57,066 nucleotides of DNA from Patescibacteria group bacterium. Lineage in GTDB: Bacteria > Patescibacteriota > Minisyncoccia > 2-02-FULL-40-12. How positions within the stretch are numbered: position 1 is the stretch's first letter; the number at the start of each line of letters is the position of its first letter. Below are positions 43,871 to 53,329 of the stretch, piece by piece. Under the pieces are notes generated by a model that was not told the origin of the DNA, searched no databases, and saw nothing but the letters and a program-made list of their open reading frames with translations. The position numbers and the translations under genes were made by a program. The stretch covers positions 1-57,066 of the forward strand of contig JBBTXZ010000004.1 in assembly GCA_038062015.1 (NCBI GenBank), given 5' to 3'.

Positions 43871-45960
43871 TTACTATTTTTCACTGCCCATTCCCAGTTA
43901 TCATATTGGGGATCTTGAGCCGGATTTAAGGGTATGGGGTCCTGGGGACTATCTTTATCGACATAATGAAGAATTGAGTGGGCTTCTCCACTTTCATCGG
44001 TGTAGTTTCCATTAAGCATTATTTTATCGGTAAAAAGAGGCGTCGGTTTTTGAAATTCTTCAACTGATTTGCCTTTCAGCGCTTCGGTTATGAATTCTCT
44101 CCAGATTGGTCCTCCGGCTGAAACCCCCCCGCCCTCCCGGGTCATTTCAGCGTTGTCATTATTCCCTACCCAGACTCCGACTGCTAGTGTTGGCGTATAG
44201 CCGATCGTCCAGGCATCGCGGAATTTTTGGGTGGTTCCGGTTTTCACGGCGACCGGCCGGTCAGGTATATAAAGCGGGCTCGACAGTCCGAAAAGAAGAA
44301 CTCTGGCGGAATTATCTGATAGAATATCGTTAATCATTCTGGCGGTCTGGCCGGAAATTTTTCTTTCCGGTTCTGGGTTAAATTCTTCAAGAGTATCACC
44401 CCTGGAATTTTCGACTTTAAGTATAAAAGCGGGTTGGTTAAAGATGCCGTCATTGGCAAAAACTCCATAGGCTGAAGTCAGGTCAAGCGGCCGGACATCG
44501 CCTCCGCCCAAAACCAAAGACAGGCCGAAATTCCCAGTGTCGCCTAAAAATTTTATGCCTAGTTCTCTAGCTCTCTCAATTGAATCATTGACGCCGGCCA
44601 GATACAAAATTTTAACCGAAGGAATATTCAAGGAGCTACCCAGGGCCTGTCTTAATGTCACTGGACCCCTGAATTTTTCATCTGAATTCTGGGGATGGTA
44701 GCACTCTAAACCGTATTGGTCTTTTTCCTGGCTGGCGTCAGGCGGACAAGAGGGGTTAAATTCGGTTTTAACGTCAAATAAAATTGTTTTATCGGTGAAA
44801 TTTTTATCCAGCGCGACTGAGTAGACTATCGGTTTAAAAGCTGAACCGGGCTGTCGGAAAGCAGTGATGACATTGAAATTGCCCTCTTTTTCAATATTAA
44901 AATAGTCCCTTGAACCGACCAGAGCCAGAATTTCGCCGTTTTTTGGATTAAGGGCAACTAGGGCTGCATTGCCGGCCTTAAAAAGTTTTTCGTTTCGGTC
45001 GGCATATTTGTTGATAATTTCTTCGGCTTTTTGCTGCATTCCCCAATCTAGGGTCGTATAAACCCTAAGCCCCCCGTTTTGAACTATGTCTTCCCCGTAT
45101 TTTTCAATCAGGTACTCTCTGACCATTATTACAAAATGGGGAGCAAGGATGCCGCCCGGAACCGGCGAGGCCAGTTTTATTTCTTCGCTTAGAGCAGTTT
45201 CAAATTTTTCTTTATCTATTAATTTTGATTCAAGCATTTTTTCGAGAAGCGCATTCTTTCTATCCAATAATCCGTCTTTATGGGAACCATAGGGAGAAAA
45301 GTAGCTTGGCGCCTTAAGCATGCTGGCTAAAATAGCCGATTCATTCAGAGAAAGCTCTTTTGCCGGTTTTCCGAAATAATTCTGACTGGCTTCTTCTATC
45401 CCAAAAATATTGGAGCCAAAGGGTACCTGATTTAGATACATCCAGAGTATCTGATCTTTTTCAAATTTCCGTTCAATCTGCAAAGACAAAATTATCTCTT
45501 TAAATTTTCTTGAGAAAGTTTTTTCCCGGCTAAGCAAAGAGTTTTTGACCAACTGCTGGGTTATGGTGGAACCGCCTTGAGAAAATTCCCGTTCTCTTAG
45601 GTTGATGGAAACCGCCCTGGCTACCCCTTTAAGATCTAGGCCGTAGTGGCTGTAAAAATTTGCGTCTTCGGCGGCAATTACGGCCCTCTTTAGATAATTC
45701 GATATTTCTTCAAAGGGGACAATTGTTCTTTTTTCGTCGCCATGAATACTGAAAAGAACTGTCTTGCCTTCGCGGTCAAAGATTTTCGTGGCTTCATTGA
45801 CGCGCCTGGTAATAATACTTTGAGAGTCAGGAATCTGGGGGGCAAAGTAGGCGAAAGCGCCTAAAAAGGCTAAAACCCCCAAGACAGTTAACCAAAGCAA
45901 AAGCAAGATCGTTAATTTAATCAGGCTAATTGTTTTTCTTCTTTTTTTCGAACTTCTCAT
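43867..45960 (-). CDS. class A penicillin-binding protein (glycosyltransferase + transpeptidase)
   Basis: GT51 motifs (EDANFYSHYG; GGSTITQQL) and transpeptidase motifs (SAFKP; SLN; KTGTT). Confidence 0.92.
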   Translation of the reverse strand: MRSSKKRRKTISLIKLTILLLLWLTVLGVLAFLGAFAYFAPQIPDSQSIITRRVNEATKIFDREGKTVLFSIHGDEKRTIVPFEEISNYLKRAVIAAEDANFYSHYGLDLKGVARAVSINLREREFSQGGSTITQQLVKNSLLSREKTFSRKFKEIILSLQIERKFEKDQILWMYLNQVPFGSNIFGIEEASQNYFGKPAKELSLNESAILASMLKAPSYFSPYGSHKDGLLDRKNALLEKMLESKLIDKEKFETALSEEIKLASPVPGGILAPHFVIMVREYLIEKYGEDIVQNGGLRVYTTLDWGMQQKAEEIINKYADRNEKLFKAGNAALVALNPKNGEILALVGSRDYFNIEKEGNFNVITAFRQPGSAFKPIVYSVALDKNFTDKTILFDVKTEFNPSCPPDASQEKDQYGLECYHPQNSDEKFRGPVTLRQALGSSLNIPSVKILYLAGVNDSIERARELGIKFLGDTGNFGLSLVLGGGDVRPLDLTSAYGVFANDGIFNQPAFILKVENSRGDTLEEFNPEPERKISGQTARMINDILSDNSARVLLFGLSSPLYIPDRPVAVKTGTTQKFRDAWTIGYTPTLAVGVWVGNNDNAEMTREGGGVSAGGPIWREFITEALKGKSVEEFQKPTPLFTDKIMLNGNYTDESGEAHSILHYVDKDSPQDPIPLNPAQDPQYDNWEWAVKNSN

Positions 45961-45994
45961 AGACTAAAATTAATTAAAAAGCTATCATAAATCA

Positions 45995-47188
45995 ATGGCC
46001 AAAGTCATTACCGAGGAGATAAAAATTCAGGAATTAGTCAACTCCACCAGATATATAGATGCTATTTATCCCTCTCGCGAATTTTTAGGAGAACGCTTGA
46101 AAAGCGGGAAACAACTTTCTGTATACATAGGAATGGATCCAACCGCTCCGGATCTGCATTTGGGGCATACAACAAATTTTTTTGTACTGAAAAAATTTCA
46201 GGAATTAGGCCACAGGGTGATTATTTTGATTGGCGATTTCACTGCGGGAATAGGCGATCCCACAGGCAAAGATGAAACCAGGAAGCCGCTAACAGAAAAA
46301 GAAATTTCAGAAAACTCAAAAACATATATGGAACAAGTAGGGGAAATTTTAGATTTAAATAAAACAGAATTTAAGCAAAACAGCCGATGGCTCAAAAAAA
46401 TATCACTTAAAGGATTTATAAAAATTGCTTCATTGGTTTCAGTCCAGCAACTTCTGCATCGAGACATGTTTAAGAGAAGAATGAAAGCAGGAGAATCAAT
46501 AGCTCACCACGAATTTATTTACCCCCTGCTCCAGGGCTATGATTCAGTAGCAATGAATGTCGACGGCGAGATGGGCGGTCGAGATCAAACATTTAATATG
46601 TTGATCGGCAGAACGTTAATGGAAAAACTTCTTAATAAAGATAAGTTTGTAGTTACGACTAAACTCTTAGAAAATCCTTTAACTGACAAAAAACTAATGA
46701 GTAAAAGCGAGGGAAGCTATGTGTCGCTTTTGGATTCTCCTCAAGATATGTATTCAAAAGTGATGGCTCTGCCAGACGAAGTCGTTTTCGCCTGTTTTGA
46801 ATTATGCACCGAGATTCTGACGGAAAGAATTAATGACTTAAAATCAGGAAATATCTTAACAGCCAAGCATGAACTGGCCTTTGAAATTGCGAAAATGTAT
46901 CACAGAGAGAAAGAAGCGATAAAAGCCAGAGATGAATGGGATAGAGTTTTTTCAAAAAAAGAACTGCCTTCCAAAATCGAAGAATTCGAAGTAAAAAGCG
47001 GTTCAATGACTTTGGGTGTATTTATCGCGGGGTGGCTAAAAGTATCTAATTCTGAAGCCAAGCGTCTTATCGGTGAACAAAATGCCGTGAGAGTTAATGA
47101 TAATCTTATTGCCGATTGGAATTATGAAGTTAAAAAAGGAGATACAGTCCAAGTTGGTCCTAGAAAGTTTGTAAAAATAAAAAGATAA
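45995..47188 (+). CDS. tyrS: tyrosyl-tRNA synthetase
   Basis: HLGH, KMSKS-like KLMSKSEG, C-terminal S4 domain. Confidence 0.92.
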   Translation: MAKVITEEIKIQELVNSTRYIDAIYPSREFLGERLKSGKQLSVYIGMDPTAPDLHLGHTTNFFVLKKFQELGHRVIILIGDFTAGIGDPTGKDETRKPLTEKEISENSKTYMEQVGEILDLNKTEFKQNSRWLKKISLKGFIKIASLVSVQQLLHRDMFKRRMKAGESIAHHEFIYPLLQGYDSVAMNVDGEMGGRDQTFNMLIGRTLMEKLLNKDKFVVTTKLLENPLTDKKLMSKSEGSYVSLLDSPQDMYSKVMALPDEVVFACFELCTEILTERINDLKSGNILTAKHELAFEIAKMYHREKEAIKARDEWDRVFSKKELPSKIEEFEVKSGSMTLGVFIAGWLKVSNSEAKRLIGEQNAVRVNDNLIADWNYEVKKGDTVQVGPRKFVKIKR

Positions 47189-47217
47189 AACAAAACCCCG
47201 TCTAGGGGTTTTGTTTT
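47187..47217 (+). terminator. Rho-independent terminator
   Basis: CAAAACCCC-GTCTA-GGGGTTTTG followed by TTTT. Confidence 0.8.
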
Positions 47218-47446
47218 AGGAATTATAATTTTTCTTCTTCTTCATCCTCCTCTTCCTTTTTTTCTTCTTTCTCTTCTTCGTCCTCTTCTTCATCGTCCTG
47301 AAGAAGATATTTCAATAAATCTTTCTCCATTTTAAGTCCCATTGGGTTCTATTAGGCTTATAGGCCTAAGTAGTTTTATTTTCTTTCCTCGACCTGATAA
47401 TCCTCCTTATTTTAGTCAGGTAAAGGAGTCTGTCAAGTGGGGGGGG

Positions 47447-47908
47447 TCAAGCCCCGCTTCCTAAAATCGCCAGAGCCAAAGCATCGGCAGCATCATCGGG
47501 CTCTGGTTCTTCTTTCAGGTTTAAGATTAATTTCACTATTTTTTGAATATTTTCTTTGGTTGACCGGCCGTAGCTGGTCAGGGCTCTTTTTAGTTCAAGG
47601 GGAGCTACTTCGGTTATGGGGATTTTATTTTCGGCAAGAGTCAAGAGTATTACTCCTCGGGCCTGAGAAACCTCAATCACCGTCTTTCTGTTTTTAAAGA
47701 AAAAGAGTTTTTCAAGCACGGCTTTATTCGGCCTGACCTCGGCCAATATTTTTTTTAACGATTTCCTGATTTCAATGAGACGAAGATAAGTTTCTTTAGC
47801 CTCGACTTCAATGGTTCCGTAACCAAGACAGATAAGTTTTCCATTTTCGCTTTTAACTGCGCCGTAGCCGATTAAAGAAGAGCCGGGATCAATGCCTAAA
47901 ATCACCAT
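47447..47908 (-). CDS. ruvC: Holliday junction resolvase RuvC
   Basis: ILGIDPGSSLIGYG ... DAADALALAI. Confidence 0.92.
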   Translation of the reverse strand: MVILGIDPGSSLIGYGAVKSENGKLICLGYGTIEVEAKETYLRLIEIRKSLKKILAEVRPNKAVLEKLFFFKNRKTVIEVSQARGVILLTLAENKIPITEVAPLELKRALTSYGRSTKENIQKIVKLILNLKEEPEPDDAADALALAILGSGA

Positions 47909-47909
47909 G

Positions 47910-48428
47910 TTATAAATTGTCGTCCAGGAGATTGGAATTTACATCTTCAACTTCATTTTGGTCACTGAGAGCCTCTAAGAGTCTGTCTAATTTTTCCTGA
48001 TTAGCCGGGCTAGTCTGCGAAACGGGCTGATTGAACATCCAGGAAAGGCTTCCTGGCTGGACTGTTTTTGAATCATGGTCATTTAGAATTTTTTTGATTT
48101 CAGCAATGGCCCTATTGCGATTATCGGTAATTACTTTAATTCTTAAGGCGACTCCTCCTGGTCCAAGGGCTTCAATAAGCAATTCTTCAAGTTGGGCTTG
48201 ATCTTTGTCAGACACTTTCTTTACCGCCTTGTCTATGTTTTCTTTCGGCATATTGGCTGCCTTGGCTTTTTCAATCGCCTGAAATAGGGTTGGATTTGTT
48301 TTGGGATCAACTCCTTTTTTTGCAGCCAAAGTAATTAAATGAGAAAGTTTTGAAAAAACTTGACCCCTTTTCTGGTCGGTCAGAGTCTTTTTATGTCTGA
48401 TTTGTTGCCAGCGATTATGCCCGCTCAT
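47910..48428 (-). CDS. YebC/PmpR-family protein (short form)
   Basis: SGHNRWQQIRHKK...ANMPKENIDKAVKK. Confidence 0.85.
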   Translation of the reverse strand: MSGHNRWQQIRHKKTLTDQKRGQVFSKLSHLITLAAKKGVDPKTNPTLFQAIEKAKAANMPKENIDKAVKKVSDKDQAQLEELLIEALGPGGVALRIKVITDNRNRAIAEIKKILNDHDSKTVQPGSLSWMFNQPVSQTSPANQEKLDRLLEALSDQNEVEDVNSNLLDDNL

Positions 48429-48967
48429 AATTCGTGCGTTTCGTGATCGCCCGGATGCTGTTTGATGAATTGGTCGTACAATTGGAGAATTTTGTCTTTT
48501 ACCTGCTGGGGACTGGGGATTTGTTCAAAGGTGAATTCCGGAATCTCTCCGGCTGTCTGGACAGTTACCTGGCCGTAATTGAAAAATGTTGGCAAAAGAC
48601 CTTTAATTCTAACGGTAACATCCTGAATTTTTGAGAGGCGCAGTTCCGAAATGTCTCTTTTAAATAAGCCCAGCTGGTGAATTTCCAGAATCCTGTGGTC
48701 AGTCACTATCCAAGTATCAAGGTAGAAATCGGTTAATGCCTTGAAAAGAAAATACCAGATGAATAAAAAATAAAAACTTAAGAAGAACATAGCCAAATTA
48801 AGACCAGTTTCTTTAAGAATCAAAAATTTATTGGCTAAATAAAATCCGGATAGCCCCAGTAAAATTAAAATTCCAAAACCGAAATAAATGGAAAATAAGA
48901 CAAGCCAGTGCCTCCTTAAAAAAAGCTCCACCTTTTCATAAGATTTTTGGGAAGGAAAGATATTCAT
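48425..48967 (-). CDS. membrane protein with bacterial PH (YdbT/DUF304-like) domain
   Basis: Two TM helices, then WIVTDHRILEIHQLGLFKRDISELRLSKIQDV. Confidence 0.65.
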   Translation of the reverse strand: MNIFPSQKSYEKVELFLRRHWLVLFSIYFGFGILILLGLSGFYLANKFLILKETGLNLAMFFLSFYFLFIWYFLFKALTDFYLDTWIVTDHRILEIHQLGLFKRDISELRLSKIQDVTVRIKGLLPTFFNYGQVTVQTAGEIPEFTFEQIPSPQQVKDKILQLYDQFIKQHPGDHETHEL

Positions 48968-49181
48968 AAATGAACTCGGTCCACTGAATTTTAGAGAATA
49001 ATTGGTAATTAATGGATATTAATAAAACTAAGCCAGAAGAAAAAATGATCGCTAAAACTTTAGTTTTGTAATCTAGCCCGAATTTAAGAAGGTGGTAAAC
49101 AATAAATAAAGCGTTGATAGAGTAGCTTATGAGAAAAATAACAAATATGGTTAAAGGCAGCCTGATGACTAAGTCATTCAT
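48936..49181 (-). CDS. small membrane protein (81 aa)
   Basis: Three hydrophobic segments. Overlaps the downstream gene. Confidence 0.45.
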   Translation of the reverse strand: MNDLVIRLPLTIFVIFLISYSINALFIVYHLLKFGLDYKTKVLAIIFSSGLVLLISINYQLFSKIQWTEFIYEYLSFPKIL

Positions 49182-49199
49182 ATAAAAGTATTTGGATAT

Positions 49200-50210
49200 T
49201 TAAACATTTAAACTTCTTTCTTGTTTGATTTTCAGATGTTCAAAGGCTTGCCTGGTGGCGATCCGGCCCTTGGATGTTCTGGTTAAAAAACCAATTTGCA
49301 TAAGATAAGGTTCAAAAACATCTTCAATCGTTTCTTCTTCTTCGGCCAATGAAGCGGCGATGGTTTTTATTCCGACCGGTCCGCCATGAAAATTGTTTAT
49401 GATTAACTGGAGAATCTTTCGATCGGTCGATTCAAGACCCAATTCATCAATATCAAGCATTCCTAAAGTTTCTTTGACGATTCCCGGACTAATTGTTTTT
49501 ATTCCTTTAACCTGGGCAAGGTCTCTTGATCTTTTAAGGAGCTTATTGGCGGTTCTTGGAGTATAACGGCTGGCCTTGGCCAGAATTATTTCTGCTTCTT
49601 TTTCCAGGTTGATGTTTAAAATTTTTGCCGACCTTTCAATTATTTTTTCAATATTTTCTTGGTTGTAAAAATCAAGCCGGTAATTCACTCCGAATCTTGA
49701 CCTGAAAGGAGAAGAGAGAAGGGCGATTCTGGTGGTGGCAGCGATCAAGGTGAAGCGAGGAAGGTTTATTTGGATTGTTTTGGCTGAAGCCCCTTTTCCG
49801 ATGATGATGTCTAGTTTAAAATTCTCCATTGCCGGGTAGAGGATTTCTTCAATTAGTTTATTCAAACGATGAACCTCATCGATGAAAAAAGTGTCGCCGT
49901 CCTGAAGATTAGTTAAAATGGCGGCAATGTCGCCGGCTTTCTCCAGGGCTGCGCCAGAAGTAATTTTAATGCTGGAAGCATATTCCTTGGCGATTATGTG
50001 GGCTAGAGTCGTTTTACCTAATCCCGATGGTCCATAAAGTAATATGTGTTCCAGTGGTTCTTTCCTTCCTTTGGCTGCTCCGATCATCACTTTCAAATTT
50101 CCCTTTATTTTTTCCTGGCCAATGAATTCTTTGAAAGCCCCGGGCCTTAGAGTTTGATCAAGCAGTTGATCTTCTGGCTGGGTTTCTATTAAATTTTTTG
50201 ATTTTCTCAT
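49200..50210 (-). CDS. ruvB: Holliday junction branch migration helicase RuvB
   Basis: GPSGLGKTT, FIDEVHRL, C-terminal winged helix. Confidence 0.95.
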   Translation of the reverse strand: MRKSKNLIETQPEDQLLDQTLRPGAFKEFIGQEKIKGNLKVMIGAAKGRKEPLEHILLYGPSGLGKTTLAHIIAKEYASSIKITSGAALEKAGDIAAILTNLQDGDTFFIDEVHRLNKLIEEILYPAMENFKLDIIIGKGASAKTIQINLPRFTLIAATTRIALLSSPFRSRFGVNYRLDFYNQENIEKIIERSAKILNINLEKEAEIILAKASRYTPRTANKLLKRSRDLAQVKGIKTISPGIVKETLGMLDIDELGLESTDRKILQLIINNFHGGPVGIKTIAASLAEEEETIEDVFEPYLMQIGFLTRTSKGRIATRQAFEHLKIKQERSLNV

Positions 50211-50308
50211 TTATTAATTCCAAGCGGCCTAAGGGGGGCCGCTGGTCTTATTTATCAACAGTCAATTAACAGTCTTTACAGGACTATTCCAGAACTTATT
50301 ATCTTGAC

Positions 50309-50337
50309 TTGACATTTATAATCTATCAATATATAAT
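50309..50337 (+). promoter_or_regulatory. perfect consensus sigma70 promoter with no downstream ORF
   Basis: TTGACA (50309-14), 17 nt, TATAAT (50332-37) on the + strand, between two minus-strand genes. Confidence 0.6.
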
Positions 50338-50454
50338 GTATTTATAATCCCCAATATGGGTATTTTTGTTAGCAGACATGTTGAAATTTCGAAATATCAG
50401 TATTCGATTTTTTTTATCAAACCTTTACCCTCACAAGCATGATTGTGAGAGTTA

Positions 50455-50628
50455 AGCCCCCAGAGGACGCAGGCAATTGGCCTTTGATTAAAACCACGGG
50501 CTAATTTCTGGAATAATTTATCTATGGATAGTTTGGAGGAGTTTTTCTCTTTTCTGGACTATTCCTGGAGTCTATTCTAACCTTGCATCTCCCAAGATCG
50601 AGGATTTTGCCTGCGTCCTCTGGGGGCT
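50455..50628. repeat. 174-bp element closed by a 21-bp perfect inverted repeat (structured RNA or MITE-like element)
   Basis: AGCCCCCAGAGGACGCAGGCA (50455-75) is the exact reverse complement of TGCCTGCGTCCTCTGGGGGCT (50608-28). Confidence 0.8.
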
Positions 50629-50656
50629 GGATATTTCGATATATCGAAATATTCTG

Positions 50657-51907
50657 CTATTCTCCAAGAATTCTTTTCGCTTCCTCAAAATCGGTTATCC
50701 CATCCAGAATTTTAAGGTAGCTGTCTTGAAGCATGGTTATCATTCCTCTTCTTCTTAATAAGTCCCTGATCTCGCTTACGGCTGGTGATTTAAGGATTAA
50801 TTTTTCAAGCTCGTCGTCGACTGTAAATGCTTCAAAAACCCCGATTCTGCCTTTGTATCCGGTAAAATTACATTTTTCGCACCCTTCTTTTTTAAAAATT
50901 TCAATTTCATTTGATCCACGCCCCAGGGCATCGTTTATTTTTTTTGTTTCTTCAGGCGAGGCCCTGATTTTCTTTTTGCATTCTTGGCACAGTTTTCTGA
51001 CTAGTCTTTGGGCCATAATCAGGTTTATCGCCGGAGCAATGACTTGGGATTTGGTGCCCATATCAATCAATCTTGGAATGGTCCCGGCGGCATCATTGGT
51101 ATGCAGGGTGGAAAAGACCAGATGGCCGGTTAAAGCCGCATGCATGACTATTTCGGTCGTTTCGGAATCTCTTATCTCGCCGACTAGAATCACATCCGGA
51201 TCCTGTCTGACAATTGATCTTAAGCCGTTGGCGAAAGAATATCCTTTATCGGGCTCAACTTGAGTTTGGGATATGCCCTTAATGAGGTATTCTATGGGGT
51301 CTTCAATGGTCACTATTTTGATTCCGGGTTTATTGACGAAATTGACAAAGGCATAGAGGGTGGTTGTTTTGCCTGATCCGGTCGGGCCGGTGGTTAAAAT
51401 TGAACCGGTTGTTTTTTTAAGCTGTTTTTTGACTTCTTCGAGAAGTTCATCTCTCATCCCCAATTCTTCGAGATTCTTTCTTAAAGTTTGCGGATCCAAG
51501 AGACGGATAACTATGCTTTCATCATAAGCTCCGGGCAGGACTGAAATTCTTGCTTCAATATCCCCGCTTTCTTTTTTGACGGTGAATCTGCCGTCCTGGG
51601 GGGAATCGTGGATGTTGATTTTAAGCCCGGCCATTAGCTTGATCCTATTTAAAATAGCCGGATAGCCAGCTTTGTTAAGGTCCATTATGTCTTCTAAGGC
51701 ACCGTCTATCCTGAATCTCAGCCTAATACTTTTTTCCTCGGGTTCAAAGTGGATATCTGATGCTCCGTTGGAAATAGCCCCGCCAAACAACAATTCAACC
51801 GTTTCGGTGGTAGCTGTTTTCAGTATTCTATTTTTAAGATTTGAAAGGTTTTCGAGTTCTTTTTCAAATTTTAATTCCAATTTTTCCTCTTTTTGGATAA
51901 TGGCCAT
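50657..51907 (-). CDS. GspE/PilB-family type II/IV secretion / pilus assembly ATPase
   Basis: Walker A GPTGSGKTT, Asp box, Walker B ILVGEIRD, His box, tetra-Cys CQEC...CEKC. Confidence 0.9.
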   Translation of the reverse strand: MAIIQKEEKLELKFEKELENLSNLKNRILKTATTETVELLFGGAISNGASDIHFEPEEKSIRLRFRIDGALEDIMDLNKAGYPAILNRIKLMAGLKINIHDSPQDGRFTVKKESGDIEARISVLPGAYDESIVIRLLDPQTLRKNLEELGMRDELLEEVKKQLKKTTGSILTTGPTGSGKTTTLYAFVNFVNKPGIKIVTIEDPIEYLIKGISQTQVEPDKGYSFANGLRSIVRQDPDVILVGEIRDSETTEIVMHAALTGHLVFSTLHTNDAAGTIPRLIDMGTKSQVIAPAINLIMAQRLVRKLCQECKKKIRASPEETKKINDALGRGSNEIEIFKKEGCEKCNFTGYKGRIGVFEAFTVDDELEKLILKSPAVSEIRDLLRRRGMITMLQDSYLKILDGITDFEEAKRILGE

Positions 51908-51980
51908 ATTAATCCTAATTTTACCAGATAAAAACGTTTAATTTAAGACCCTGATTATCAACTAGCTAAATCTTATCCTC

Positions 51981-52008
51981 TTGACTGAATTCGTTGCCTT
52001 GATATAAT
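51981..52008 (+). promoter_or_regulatory. sigma70-like promoter of nusA
   Basis: TTGACT, 16 nt, TATAAT. Confidence 0.6.
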
Positions 52009-52084
52009 AAAAAATGATTTCGATAAACTTTAATTAGTCCGTTATTAAGCGGGCTTGATTTTTTAAACAGGGACCATCAGACCA

Positions 52085-53329
52085 ATGTTACTAGACATAA
52101 AACAATTCATATCAGCTATAAAGCAGATTGCCGAAGAAAAAGGAATCGACGAGCAGAAAATAATAGATACAATAAATGCGGCAATTGCCTCGGCCTATAA
52201 GAAGGATTATGGCAAGAAAGGCCAGATAATCAAGGCGAAATTAGACCCGTCAAGCGGCCAGATTTCGGTTTGGCAAGTCAAATATGTGGTTGAAGGGATG
52301 GATGACGAAGGTTATATCACCGGTCTTATTGTGAAAAAAGAACCCGGCGAAGATTCATCTGTTTTAAAGGAAAGGACTTTTATTTTTGACGAAGAAAGCG
52401 GTTTTAAACCCGAAGAAGGAGAAATCAGGGTAAAGTTTAATCCTGAAAAGCACATTCTTTTTGAAGAGGCTAAAAAAATAGATTCAGGCCTAAAGCCGGG
52501 CGATGAGTTAATCCTATCTTTGGAAGAAAAGAGCGACTTCGGAAGGATTGCTGCCCAGACAGCCAAGCAGGTGGTTATTCAGCGCCTCCGTGAAGCTGAA
52601 AGAGAATCGATTGCCGCGGAATATAAGAGCCGGGTCGGGCATCTTGTCAGCGGAGTGATCCAGAGGAGAGAAGGATCGGTTGTTTACTTTGATATTGGCC
52701 GGGCTCTTGGCGTTCTTTCGCCTCTTGAGCAAAGCCGTCTTGATAATTATTCGATCGGCCGGAGACTTAAAGTTTTGATTCTGGCAATTGAAGAAACGTC
52801 AAGGGGGCCGCAGATTATCTTATCACGTTCTCATCCAAAGCTCCTGGAAAAACTTTTTGAACTGGAAGTCCCTGAAATTTCAGCCGGTTCGGTTTTAATC
52901 AAAGGAGTAAGCCGGGAAGCAGGCAGTCGATCCAAAATAGCGGTCTGGTCAAAAGATTCTCATGTTGATCCGATCGGCTCTCTGGTCGGCCAGAAAGGAA
53001 TAAGAGTCCAGACAGTGATTAACGAACTCTCTGGGGAGAAGATAGATATTATTGAGTGGAGCGATGATCCGGTCAAATTTATTCCTAATGCCATGTCTCC
53101 GGCCAAAGTGATTGATTCAAAGATTCTGGATCAGAAGAGAAAGCATATTTTGGTTGAAGTGGCCGAAGACCAATTTTCTTTGGCCATAGGCAAAAGAGGC
53201 CAGAATGTAAGGCTGGCCGCCAAGCTTGCCGGTTGGAAAATAGATGTCCGTTCCCCCAAAGAAGAAATGAAAGCCGAAGAAGCCGAATTGGTCCAGCCGG
53301 TTCCCAATGAACTATCAGATAAAAACTAA
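52085..53329 (+). CDS. nusA: transcription termination/antitermination factor NusA
   Basis: N-terminal domain, S1 domain, two KH domains (GQKGIRVQTVINEL; AIGKRGQNVRLAAKL). Confidence 0.93.
   Translation: MLLDIKQFISAIKQIAEEKGIDEQKIIDTINAAIASAYKKDYGKKGQIIKAKLDPSSGQISVWQVKYVVEGMDDEGYITGLIVKKEPGEDSSVLKERTFIFDEESGFKPEEGEIRVKFNPEKHILFEEAKKIDSGLKPGDELILSLEEKSDFGRIAAQTAKQVVIQRLREAERESIAAEYKSRVGHLVSGVIQRREGSVVYFDIGRALGVLSPLEQSRLDNYSIGRRLKVLILAIEETSRGPQIILSRSHPKLLEKLFELEVPEISAGSVLIKGVSREAGSRSKIAVWSKDSHVDPIGSLVGQKGIRVQTVINELSGEKIDIIEWSDDPVKFIPNAMSPAKVIDSKILDQKRKHILVEVAEDQFSLAIGKRGQNVRLAAKLAGWKIDVRSPKEEMKAEEAELVQPVPNELSDKN

Noticed and set aside
47223-47330. A 35-aa hyper-acidic minus-strand ORF (MEKDLLKYLLQDDEEEDEEEKEEKKEEEDEEEEKL).
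   Set aside because: It is low-complexity purine/pyrimidine-tract sequence with no clear SD. It cannot be distinguished from chance without conservation data.
50356-50442. A 28-aa ORF (MGIFVSRHVEISKYQYSIFFIKPLPSQA) downstream of the orphan promoter.
   Set aside because: It has no ribosome-binding site, and the ORF runs through the hairpin-T8 terminator-like signal.
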